Source: Eledone cirrhosa
Taxonomy: Eukaryota
Assembly (NCBI GenBank): GCA_964016885.1
Contig: OZ024741.1
Coordinates: forward strand, 406,286,001-406,350,000
Reading direction: 5' to 3'
DNA: 64,000 nucleotides
Part shown: positions 52,501-64,000 of the stretch, piece by piece
Numbering within the stretch: the first letter of the stretch is position 1
Layout of the letters: each line of letters opens with the position of its first letter
Program-made: the position numbers and the translations under genes
The notes under the pieces: model-generated
The model's input: only the letters and a program-made list of their open reading frames with translations
The model's database searches: none
What the model was told of the DNA's origin: nothing

Positions 52501-55500
52501 GGATTGAGTTACTGTGAACTTAAAGATAGAGGTTGGTGGACAATGGCATGTAAGGGGGATTGAGTTACTGTGAACTTAAAGACAGAGGTTGGTGGACAAT
52601 GGCATGTAAGGGTGATTGAGTTACTGTGAACTAAATACAGAGTTTGGTGGACAATGGCATATAAGGAGGATTGAGTTACTGTGAACTTAAAGACAGAGGT
52701 TGGTGGACAGTGGCATGTAAGGAGGATTGAGTTACTGTGAACTTAAAGACAGAGGTTGGTGGACAATGGCATGTAAGGGTGATTGAGTTACTGTGAACTA
52801 AATACAGAGTTTGGTGGACAATGGCATATAAGGAGGATTGAGTTACTGTGAACTTAAAGACAGAGGTTGGTAGACAGTGGCATGTAAGGAGGATTGAGTT
52901 ACTGTGAACTTAAAGACAGAGGTTGGTGGACAATGGCATGTAAGGGGGATTGAATTACTGAGAACTTAAAGACAGAGGTTGATGGGCAATGGCATGTAAG
53001 GGGGATTGAGTTACTGTGAACTTAAAGACAGAGGTTGGTGGACAATGGCATGTAAGGAGGATTGAGTTACTGTTAACTTAAAGACAGGGGTTGGTGGACA
53101 ATGACATGTAAGGAGGATTGAGTTACTGTGAACTTAAAGACAGAGGTTGGTGGACAATGGCATGTAAGGGGGATTGAGTTACTGTGAACTTAAAGACAGA
53201 GGTTGGTGGACAATGGCATGTAAGGAGGATTGAGTCACTGTGAACTTAAAGACAGAGGTTGGTGGACAATGGCATGTAAGGGGGATTGAGTTACTGTGAA
53301 CTTAAAGACAGAGGTTGGTGGACAATGACATGTAAGGAGGATTGAGTTACTGTGAACTTAAAGACAGAGGTTGGTGGACAATGGCATGTAAGGAGGATTG
53401 AGTTACTGTGAACTTAAAGACAGAGGTTGGTAGACAATGACATGTAAGGGGGATTGAGTTACTGTGAACTTAAAGACAGAGGTTGGTGGACAATGACATG
53501 TAAGGAGGATTGAGTTACTGTGAACTTAAAGACAGAGATTGGTGGACAATGGCACGTAAGGAGGATTGAGTTACTGTGAACTTAAAGACAGAGGTTGGTG
53601 GACAATGACATGTAAGGAGGATTGAGTTACTGTGAACTTAAAGACAGAGGTTGGTGGACAATGACATGTAAGGGGGATTGAGTTACTGTGAACTGAAAGA
53701 CAGAGGTTGGTGGACAATGACATGTAAGGAGGATTGAGTTACTGTGAACTTAAAGACAGAGGTAGGTGGACAATGGCATGTAAGGAGGATTGAGTTACTG
53801 TGAACTTAAAGACAGAGGTTGGTGGACAATGACATGTAAGGAGGATTGAGTTACTGTGAACTTAAAGACAGAGGTTGGTGGACAATGGCATGTAAGGAGG
53901 ATTGAGTTACTGTGAACTTAAAGACAGAGGTTGGTGGACAATGGCATGTAAGGAGGATTGAGTTACTGTGAACTTAAAGACAGAGGTTGGTGTACAATGG
54001 CATGTTAGGGGGATTGAGTTACTGTGAACTTAAAGACAGGGGTTGGTGGACAATGACATGTAAGGAGGATTGAGTTACTGAGAACTTAAAGACAGAGGTT
54101 GGTGGACAATGGCATGTAAGGAGGATTGAGTTACTGTGAACTTAAAGACAGAGGTTGGTGGACAATGACATGTAAGGAGGATTGAGTTACTGTGAACTTA
54201 AAGACAGAGGTTGGTGGACAATGACATGTAAGGAGGATTGAGTTACTGTGAACTTAAAGACAGAGGTTGGTGGACAATGACATGTAAGGAGGATTGAGTT
54301 ACTGAGAACTTAAAGACAGAGGTTGGTGGACAATGGCATGTAAGGAGGATTGAGTTACTGAGAACTTAAAGACAGAGGTTGGTGGACAATGGCATGTAAG
54401 GGGGATTGAGTTACTGTGAACTTAAAGACAGAGGTTGGTGGACAATGGCATGTAAGGGTGATTGAGTTACTGTGAACTAAATACAGAGTTTGGTGGACAA
54501 TGGCATATAAGGAGGATTGAGTTACTGTGAACTTAAAGACAGAGGTTGGTAGACAGTGGCATGTAAGGAGGATTGAGTTACTGTGAACTTAAAGACAGAG
54601 GTTGGTGGACAATGGCATGTAAGGGGGATTGAATTACTGAGAACTTAAAGACAGAGGTTGATGGGCAATGGCAATGTAAGGGGGATTGAGTTACTGTGAA
54701 CTTAAAGACAGAGGTTGGTGGACAATGGCATGTAAGGAGGATTGAGTTACTGTTAACTTAAAGACAGAGGTTGGTGGACAATGACATGTAAGGAGGATTG
54801 AGTTACTGTGAACTTAAAGACAGAGGTTGGTGGACAATGGCATGTAAGGGGGATTGAGTTACTGTGAACTTAAAGACAGAGGTTGGTGGACAATGGCATG
54901 TAAGGAGGATTGAGTCACTGTGAACTTAAAGACAGAGGTTGGTGGACAATGGCATGTAAGGGGGATTGAGTTACTGTGAACTTAAAGACAGAGGTTGGTG
55001 GACAATGACATATAAGGAGGATTGAGTTACTGAGAACTTAAAGACAGAGGTTGGTGGACAATGACATGTAAGGAGGATTGAGTTACTGAGAACTTAAAGA
55101 CAGAGGTTGGTGGACAATGGCATGTAAGGAGGATTGAGTTACTGAGAACTTAAAGACAGAAGTTGGTGGACAATGACATGTAAGGAGGATTGAGTTACTG
55201 TGAACTTAAAGACAGAGGTTGGTGGACAATGACATGTAAGGAGGATTGAGTTACTGTGAACTTAAAGACAGAGGTTGGTGGACAATGACATGTAAGGAGG
55301 ATTGAGTTACTGAGAACTTAAAGACAGAGGTTGGTGGACAATGGCATGTAAGGAGGATTGAGTTACTGAGAACTTAAAGACAGAGGTTGGTGGACAATGG
55401 CATGTAAGGGGGATTGAGTTACTGTGAACTTAAAGACAGAGGTTGGTGGACAATGGCATGTAAGGGTGATTGAGTTACTGTGAACTAAATACAGAGTTTG

Positions 55501-58500
55501 GTGGACAATGGCATATAAGGAGGATTGAGTTACTGTGAACTTAAAGACAGAGGTTGGTGGACAATGACATGTAAGGAGGATTGAGTTACTGTGAACTTAA
55601 AGACAGAGGTTGGTGGACAATGACATGTAAGGAGGATTGAGTTACTGTGAACTTAAAGACAGAGGTTGGTGGACAATGGCATGTAAGGAGGATTGAGTTA
55701 CTGTGAACTTAAAGACAGAGGTTGGTGGACAATGACATGTAAGGGGGATTGAGTTACTGTGAACCTAAAGACAGAGGTTGGTGGACAATGAAATGTAAGG
55801 AGGATTGAGTTACTGTGAACTTAAAGACAGAGGTTGGTGGACAATGGCATGTAAGGAGGATTGAGTTACTGTGAACTTAAAGACAGAGGTTGGTGGACAA
55901 TGGCATGTAAGGGGGATTGAGTTACTGTGAACTTAAAGACAGAGTTTGGTGGACAATGGCATGTAAGGAGGATTGAGTTACTGTGAAATTAAAGACAGAG
56001 GTTGGTGGACAATGGCATGTAAGGGGGATTGAGTTACTGTGAACTTAAAGACAGAGGTTGGTGGACAATGGCATGTAAGGAGGATTGAGTTACTGTGAAC
56101 TTAAAGACAGAGGTTGCTGGACAATGGCATGTAAGGAGGATTGAGTTACTGTGAACTTAAAGACAGAGGTTGGTGGACAATGGCATATAAGGGGGATTGG
56201 GTTACTGTGAACTTAAAGACAGAGGTTGGTGGACAATGGCATGTAAGGAGGATTGAGTTACTGTGAACTTAAAGACAGAGGTTGGTGGACAATGACATGT
56301 AAGGAGGATTGAGTTACTGGGAACTTAAAGACAGAGGTTGGTGGACAATGGCATGTAAGGAGGATTGAGTTACTGTGAACTTAAAGACAGAGATGGTGGA
56401 CAATGGCATGTAAGGAGGATTGAGTTACTGAGAACTTAAAGACAGAGGTTGGTGGACAATGACATGTAAGGAGGATTGAGTTACTGTGAACTTAAAGACA
56501 GAGGTTGGTGGACAATGGCATGTAAGGAGGATTGAGTTACTGTGAACTTAAAGACAGAGGTTGGTGGACAATGACATGTAAGGAAGATTGAGTTACTGTG
56601 AACTTAAAGATAGAGGTTGGTGGACAATGGCATGTAAGGGGGATTGAGTTACTGTGAACTTAAAGACAGAGGTTGGTGGACAATGGCATGTAAGGGTGAT
56701 TGAGTTACTGTGAACTAAATACAGAGTTTGGTGGACAATGGCATATAAGGAGGATTGAGTTACTGTGAACTTAAAGACAGAGGTTGGTGGACAGTGGCAT
56801 GTAAGGAGGATTGAGTTACTGTGAACTTAAAGACAGAGGTTGGTGGACAATGGCAGGTAAGGGGGATTGAATTACTGAGAACTTAAAGACAGAGGTTGGT
56901 GGACAATGGCATGTAAGGAGGATTGAGTTACTGTGACCTTAAAGACAGCGGTTGATGGAGAATGGCATGTAAGGGAGATTGAGTTGAGTTACTGTGAACA
57001 TAAATACAGAGGTTGGTGGACAATGATATGTAAGGAGGATTGAGTTACTGTGAACTTAAAGACAGGGGTTGGTGGACAATGGCATGTAAGGAGGATTGAG
57101 TTACTGTGAACTTAAAGACAGAGGTTGGTGGACAATAACATGTAAGGAGGATTGAGATACTGAGAACTTAAAGACAGAGGTTGGTGGACAATGGCAAGTA
57201 AGGGGGATTGAGTTACTGTGAACTTAAATACAGAGGATGGTGGAAAGTGGCATGTAAGGAGGATTGAGTTACTGTGAACTTAAAGACAGAGGTTTGTGGA
57301 CAATGACATGTAAGGAGGATTGAGTTACTGAGAACTTAAAGACAGAGGTTTGTAGACAATGACATGTAATGATGATTGAGTTACTGAGAACTTAAAGACA
57401 GAGATCGGTGGACAATGGCATGTAAGGGGGATTGAGTTACTGTGAACTTAAAGACAGAGGTTGGTGTACGATGACATGTAAGGAGGATTGAGTTACTGTG
57501 AACTTAAAGACAGAGGTTGGTGGACAATGGCATGTAAGGGTGATTGAGTTACTGTGAACTAAATACAGAGTTTGGTGGACAATGGCATATAAGGAGGATT
57601 GAGTTACTGTGAACTTAAAGACAGAGGTTGGTAGACAGTGGCATGTAAGGAGGATTGAGTTACTGTGAACTTAAAGACAGAGGTTGGTGGACAATGGCAT
57701 GTAAGGGGGATTGAATTACTGAGAACTTAAAGACAGAGGTTGATGGGCAATGGCATGTAAGGGGGATTGAGTTACTGTGAACTTAAAGACAGAGGTTGGT
57801 GGACAATGGCATGTAAGGAGGATTGAGTTACTGTGAACTTAAAGACAGAGGTTGGTGGACAATGACATGTAAGGAGGATTGAGTTACTGTGAACTTAAAG
57901 ACAGAGGTAGGTGGACAATGACATGTAAGGGGGATTGAGTTACTGTGAACATAAAGACAGAGGTTGGTGGACAATGAAATGTAAGGAGGATTGAGTTACT
58001 GTGAACTTAAAGACAGAGGTTGGTGGACAATGGCATGTAAGGAGGATTGAGTTACTGTGAACTTAAAGACAGAGGTTGGTGGACGATGACATGTAAGGGG
58101 GATTGAGTTACTGTGAACTTAAAGACAGAGGTTGGTGGACAATGACATGTAAGGAGGATTGAGTTACTGTGAACTTAAAGACAGAGGTTGGTGGACAATG
58201 ACATGTAAGGAGGGTTGAGTTACTGTGAACTTAAAGACAGAGGTTGGTGGACAATGGCATGTAAGGAGGATTGAGTTACTGTGAACTTAAAGACAGAGGT
58301 TGGTGGACAATGGCATGTAAGGAGGATTGAGTTACTGTGAACTTAAAGACAGAGGTTGGTGGACAATGACATGTAAGGAGGATTGAGTTACTGTGAACTT
58401 AAAGACAGAGGTTGGTGGACAATGGCATGTAAGGAGGATTGAGTTACTGTGAACTTAAAGACAGGGGTTGGTGGACAATGACATGTAAGGGGGATTGAGT

Positions 58501-61500
58501 TACTGTGAACTTAAAGACAGAGGTTGGTGGACAATGACATGTAAGGAGGATTGAGTTACTGTGAACTTAAAGACAGAGGTTGGTGGACAATGGCATGTAA
58601 GGAGGATTGAGTTACTGTGAACTTAAAGAGAGAGGTTGGTGGACAATGACATGTAAGGAGGATTGAGTTACTGTGAACTTAAAGACAGAGGTTGGTGGAC
58701 AATGGCATGTAAGGAGGATTGAGTTACTGTGAACTTAAAGACAGAGGTTGGTGGACAATGGCATGTAAGGAGGATTGAGTTACTGTGAACTTAAAGACAG
58801 AGGTTGGTGGACAATGGCATGTAAGGGGGATTGAGTTACTGTGAACTTAAAGACAGAGTTTGGTGGACAATGGCATGTAAGGAGGATTGAGTTACTGTGA
58901 AATTAAAGACAGAGGTTGGTGGACAATGGCATGTAAGGGGGATTGAGTTACTGTGAACTTAAAGACAGAGGTTGGTGGACAATGGCATGTAAGGAGGATT
59001 GAGTTACTGTGAACTTAAAGACAGAGGTTGGTGGACAATGGCATGTAAGGAGGATTGAGTTACTGTGAACTTAAAGACAGAGGTTGGTGGACAATGGCAT
59101 ATAAGGGGGATTGGGTTACTGTGAACTTAAAGACAGAGGTTGGTGGACAATGGCATGTAAGGAGGATTGAGTTACTGTGAACTTAAAGACAGAGGTTGGT
59201 GGACAATGACATGTAAGGAGGATTGAGTTACTGAGAACTTAAAGACAGAGGTTGGTGGACAATGGTATGTAAGGAGGATTGAGTTACTGTGAACTTAAAG
59301 ACAGAGATGGTGGACAATGGCATGTAAGGACGATTGAGTTACTGAGAACTTAAAGACAGAGGTTGGTGGACAATGACATGTAAGGAGGATTGAGTTACTG
59401 TGAACTTAAAGACAGAGGTTGGTGGAAAATGGCATGTAAGGGGGATTGAGTTACTGTGAACTTAAAGACAGAGGTTGGTGGACAATGGCATGTAAGGGTG
59501 ATTGAGTTACTGTGAACTAAATACAGAGTTTGGTGGACAATGGCATATAAGGAGGATTGAGTTACTGTGAACTTAAAGACAGAGGTTGGTAGACAGTGGC
59601 ATGTAAGGAGGATTGAGTTACTGTGAACTTAAAGACAGAGGTTGGTGGACAATGGCATGTAAGGGGGATTGAATTACTGAGAACTTAAAGACAGAGGTTG
59701 ATGGGCAATGGCATGTAAGGGGGATTGAGTTACTGTGAACTTAAAGACAGAGGTTGGTGGACAATGGCATGTAAGGAGGATTGAGTTACTGTGAACTTAA
59801 AGACAGAGGTTGGTGGACAATGACATGTAAGGAGGATTGAGTTACTGTGAACTTAAAGACAGAGGTAGGTGGACAATGACATGTAAGGGGGATTGAGTTA
59901 CTGTGAACATAAAGACAGAGGTTGGTGGACAATGAAATGTAAGGAGGATTGAGTTACTGTGAACTTAAAGACAGAGGTTGGTGGACAATGGCATGTAAGG
60001 AGGATTGAGTTACTCTGAACTTAAAGACAGAGGTTGGTGGACAATGACATGTAAGGGGGATTGAGTTACTGTGAACTTAAAGACAGAGGTTGGTGGACAA
60101 TGACATGTAAGGAGGGTTGAGTTACTGTGAACTTAAAGACAGAGGTTGGTGGACAATGGCATGTAAGGAGGATTGAGTTACTGTGAACTTAAAGACAGAG
60201 GTTGGTGGACAATGGCATGTAAGGAGGATTGAGTTACTGTGAACTTAAAGACAGAGGTTGGTGGACAATGACATGTAAGGAGGATTGAGTTACTGTGAAC
60301 TTAAAGACAGAGGTTGGTGGACAATGGCATGTAAGGAGGATTGAGTTACTGTGAACTTAAAGACAGAGGTTGGTGGACAATGACATGTAAGGGGGATTGA
60401 GTTACTGTGAACTTAAAGACAGAGGTTGGTGGACAATGACATGTAAGGAGGATTGAGTTACTGTGAACTTAAAGAAAGAGGTTGGTGGACAATGGCATGT
60501 AAGGAGGATTGAGTTACTGTGAACTTAAAGACAGAGGTTGGTGGACAATGACATGTAAGGAGGATTGAGTTACTGTGAACTTAAAGACAGAGGTTGGTGG
60601 ACAATGGCATGTAAGGAGGATTGAGTTACTGTCAACTTAAAGACAGAGGTTGGTGGACAATGGCATGTAAGGAGGATTGAGTTACTGTGAACTTAAAGAC
60701 AGAGGTTGGTGGACAATGGCATGTAAGGGGGATTGAGTTACTGTGAACTTAAAGACAGAGTTTGGTGGACAATGGCATGTAAGGAGGATTGAGTTACTGT
60801 GAAATTAAAGACAGAGGTTGGTGGACAATGGCATGTAAGGGGGATTGAGTTACTGTGAACTTAAAGACAGAGGTTGGTGGACAATGGCATGTAAGGAGGA
60901 TTGAGTTACTGTGAACTTAAAGACAGAGGTTGGTGGACAATGGCATGTAAGGAGGATTTAGTTACTGTGAACTTAAAGACAGAGGTTGGTGGACAATGGC
61001 ATATAAGGGGGATTGGGTTACTGTGAACTTAAAGACAGAGGTTGGTGGACAATGGCATGTAAGGAGGATTGAGTTACTGTGAATTTCAAGACAGAGGTTG
61101 GTGGACAATGACATGTAAGGAGGATTGAGTTACTGAGAACTTAAAGACAGGGGTTGGTGGACAATGGCATGTAAGGAGGATTGAGTTACTGTGAACTTAA
61201 AGACAGAGGTTGGTGGACAATGGCATGTAAGGAGGATTGAGTTACTGTGAACTAAATACAGAGTTTGGTGGACAATGGCATATAAGGAGGATTGAGTTAC
61301 TGTGAACTTAAAGACAGAGGTTGGTAGACAGTGGCATGTAAGGAGGATTGAGTTACTGTGAACTTAAAGACAGAGGTTGGTGGACAATGGCATGTAAGGG
61401 GGATTGAATTACTGAGAACTTAAAGACAGAGGTTGATGGGCAATGGCATGTAAGGGGGATTGAGTTACTGTGAACTTAAAGACAGAGGTTGGTGGACAAT

Positions 61501-64000
61501 GGCATGTAAGGAGGATTGAGTTACTGTGAACTTAAAAAAAGAGGTTGGTGGACAATGACATGTAAGGAGGATTGAGTTACTGTGAACTTAAAGACAGAGG
61601 TAGGTGGACAATGACATGTAAGGGGGATTGAGTTACTGTGAACATAAAGACAGAGGTTGGTGGACAATGAAATGTAAGGAGGATTGAGTTACTGTGAACT
61701 TAAAGACAGAGGTTGGTGGACAATGGCATGTAAGGAGGATTGAGTTACTGTGAACTTAAAGACAGAGGTTGGTGGACAATGACATGTAAGGGGGATTGAG
61801 TTACTGTGAACTTAAAGACAGAGGTTGGTGGACAATGACATGTAAGGAGGATTGAGTTACTGTGAACTTAAAGACAGAGGTTGGTGGACAATGACATGTA
61901 AGGAGGGTTGAGTTACTGTGAACTTAAAGACAGAGGTTGGTGGACAATGGCATGTAAGGAGGATTGAGTTACTGTGAACTTAAAGACAGAGGTTGGTGGA
62001 CAATGGCATGTAAGGAGGATTGAGTTACTGTGAACTTAAAGACAGAGGTTGGTGGACAATGACATGTAAGGAGGATTGAGTTACTGTGAACTTAAAGACA
62101 GAGGTTGGTGGACAATGGCATGTAAGGAGGATTGAGTTACTGTGAACTTAAAGACAGAGGTTGGTGGACAATGACATGTAAGGGGGATTGAGTTACTGTG
62201 AACTTAAAGACAGAGGTTGGTGGACAATGACATGTAAGGAGGATTGAGTTACTGTGAACTTAAAGAGAGAGGTTGGTGGACAATGGCATGTAAGGAGGAT
62301 TGAGTTACTGTGAACTTAAAGACAGAGGTTGGTGGACAATGACATGTAAGGAGGATTGAGTTACTGTGAACTTAAAGACAGAGGTTGGTGGACAATGGCA
62401 TGTAAGGAGGATTGAGTTACTGTCAACTTAAAGACAGAGGTTGGTGGACAATGGCATGTAAGGAGGATTGAGTTACTGTGAACTTAAAGACAGAGGTTGG
62501 TGGACAATGGCATGTAAGGGGGATTGAGTTACTGTGAACTTAAAGACAGAGTTTGGTGGACAATGGCATGTAAAGAGGATTGAGTTACTGTGAAATTAAA
62601 GACAGAGGTTGGTGGACAATGGCATGTAAGGGGGATTGAGTTACTGTGAACTTAAAGACAGAGGTTGGTGGACAATGGCATGTAAGGAGGATTGAGTTAC
62701 TGTGAACTTAAAGACAGAGGTTGGTGGACAATGGCATGTAAGGAGGATTGAGTTACTGTGAACTTAAAGACAGAGGTTGGTGGACAATGACATGTAAGGG
62801 GGATTGAGTTACTGTGAACTTAAAGACAGAGGTTGGTGGACAATGACATGTAAGGAGGATTGAGTTACTGTGAACTTAAAGACAGAGGTTGGTGGACAAT
62901 GACATGTAAGGAGGGTTGAGTTACTGTGAACTTAAAGACAGAGGTTGGTGGACAATGGCATGTAAGGAGGATTGAGTTACTGTGAACTTAAAGACAGAGG
63001 TTGGTGGACAATGGCATGTAAGGAGGATTGAGTTACTGTGAACTTAAAGACAGAGGTTGGTGGACAATGACATGTAAGGAGGATTGAGTTACTGTGAACT
63101 TAAAGACAGAGGTTGGTGGACAATGGCATGTAAGGAGGATTGAGTTACTGTGAACTTAAAGACAGAGGTTGGTGGACAATGACATGTAAGGGGGATTGAG
63201 TTACTGTGAACTTAAAGACAGAGGTTGGTGGACAATGACATGTAAGGAGGATTGAGTTACTGTGAACTTAATGAGAGAGGTTGGTGGACAATGGCATGTA
63301 AGGAGGATTGAGTTACTGTGAACTTAAAGACAGAGGTTGGTGGACAATGACATGTAAGGAGGATTGAGTTACTGTGAACTTAAAGACAGAGGTTGGTGGA
63401 CAATGGCATGTAAGGAGAATTGAGTTACTGTCAACTTAAAGACAGAGGTTGGTGGACAATGGCATGTAAGGAGGATTGAGTTACTGTGAACTTAAAGACA
63501 GAGGTTGGTGGACAATGGCATGTAAGGGGGATTGAGTTACTGTGAACTTAAAGACAGAGTTTGGTGGACAATGGCATGTAAGGAGGATTGAGTTACTGTG
63601 AAATTAAAGACAGAGGTTGGTGGACAATGGCATGTAAGGGGGATTGAGTTACTGTGAACTTAAAGACAGAGGTTGGTGGACAATGGCATGTAAGGAGGAT
63701 TGAGTTACTGTGAACTTAAAGACAGAGGTTGGTGGACAATGGCATGTAAGGAGGATTGAGTTACTGTGAACTTAAAGACAGAGGTTGGTGGACAATGGCA
63801 TATAAGGGGGATTGGGTTACTGTGAACTTAAAGACAGAGGTTGGTGGACAATGGCATGTAAGGAGGATTGAGTTACTGTGAATTTCAAGACAGAGGTTGG
63901 GTGGACAATGACATGTAAGGAGGATTGAGTTACTGAGAACTTAAAGACAGAGGTTGGTGGACAATGGCATGTAAGGAGGATTGAGTTACTGTGAACTTAA
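22596..64000. repeat. 56-bp tandem satellite, about 740 copies, continuing past the window end
   Basis: Consensus GAACTTAAAGACAGAGGTTGGTGGACAATG(G/A)CATGTAAGG(A/G)GGATTGAGTTACTG(T/A); first units at 22596 and 22652; single orientation; no insertions seen; no ORFs in the track. Confidence 0.99.

Noticed and set aside
22596-64000. CRISPR array or coding repeat
   Set aside because: Units are contiguous with no unique spacers, no cas genes are present, and the ORF track is empty here.

Overview
Eukaryotic, gene-free, repeat-dominated window, probably cephalopod (Octopus-like, inferred only from recognising the SINE consensus). Bases 1-3.8 kb hold two tandem tRNA/Nin-type SINEs, (TA)n tracts, a 465-bp near-perfect palindrome with a minimal hammerhead ribozyme in each arm, a ~670-bp element with 153-bp terminal direct repeats and a 31-bp minisatellite. 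Bases 3.8-17.3 kb are five co-oriented, 5'-truncated Tx1-like non-LTR retrotransposons (APE-RT-zinc knuckle), each bounded by (TAGA/TAGG)n; the two most intact share an in-frame TGA at a zinc-knuckle cysteine. Bases 19.0-22.6 kb are a decayed Penelope-like element (RT + GIY-YIG, Naiad-like) with a 3' hammerhead and a 5' fold-back palindrome. It abuts a 56-bp satellite (~740 copies, layered higher-order duplications) filling 22.6-64 kb. No host protein-coding gene is supported.
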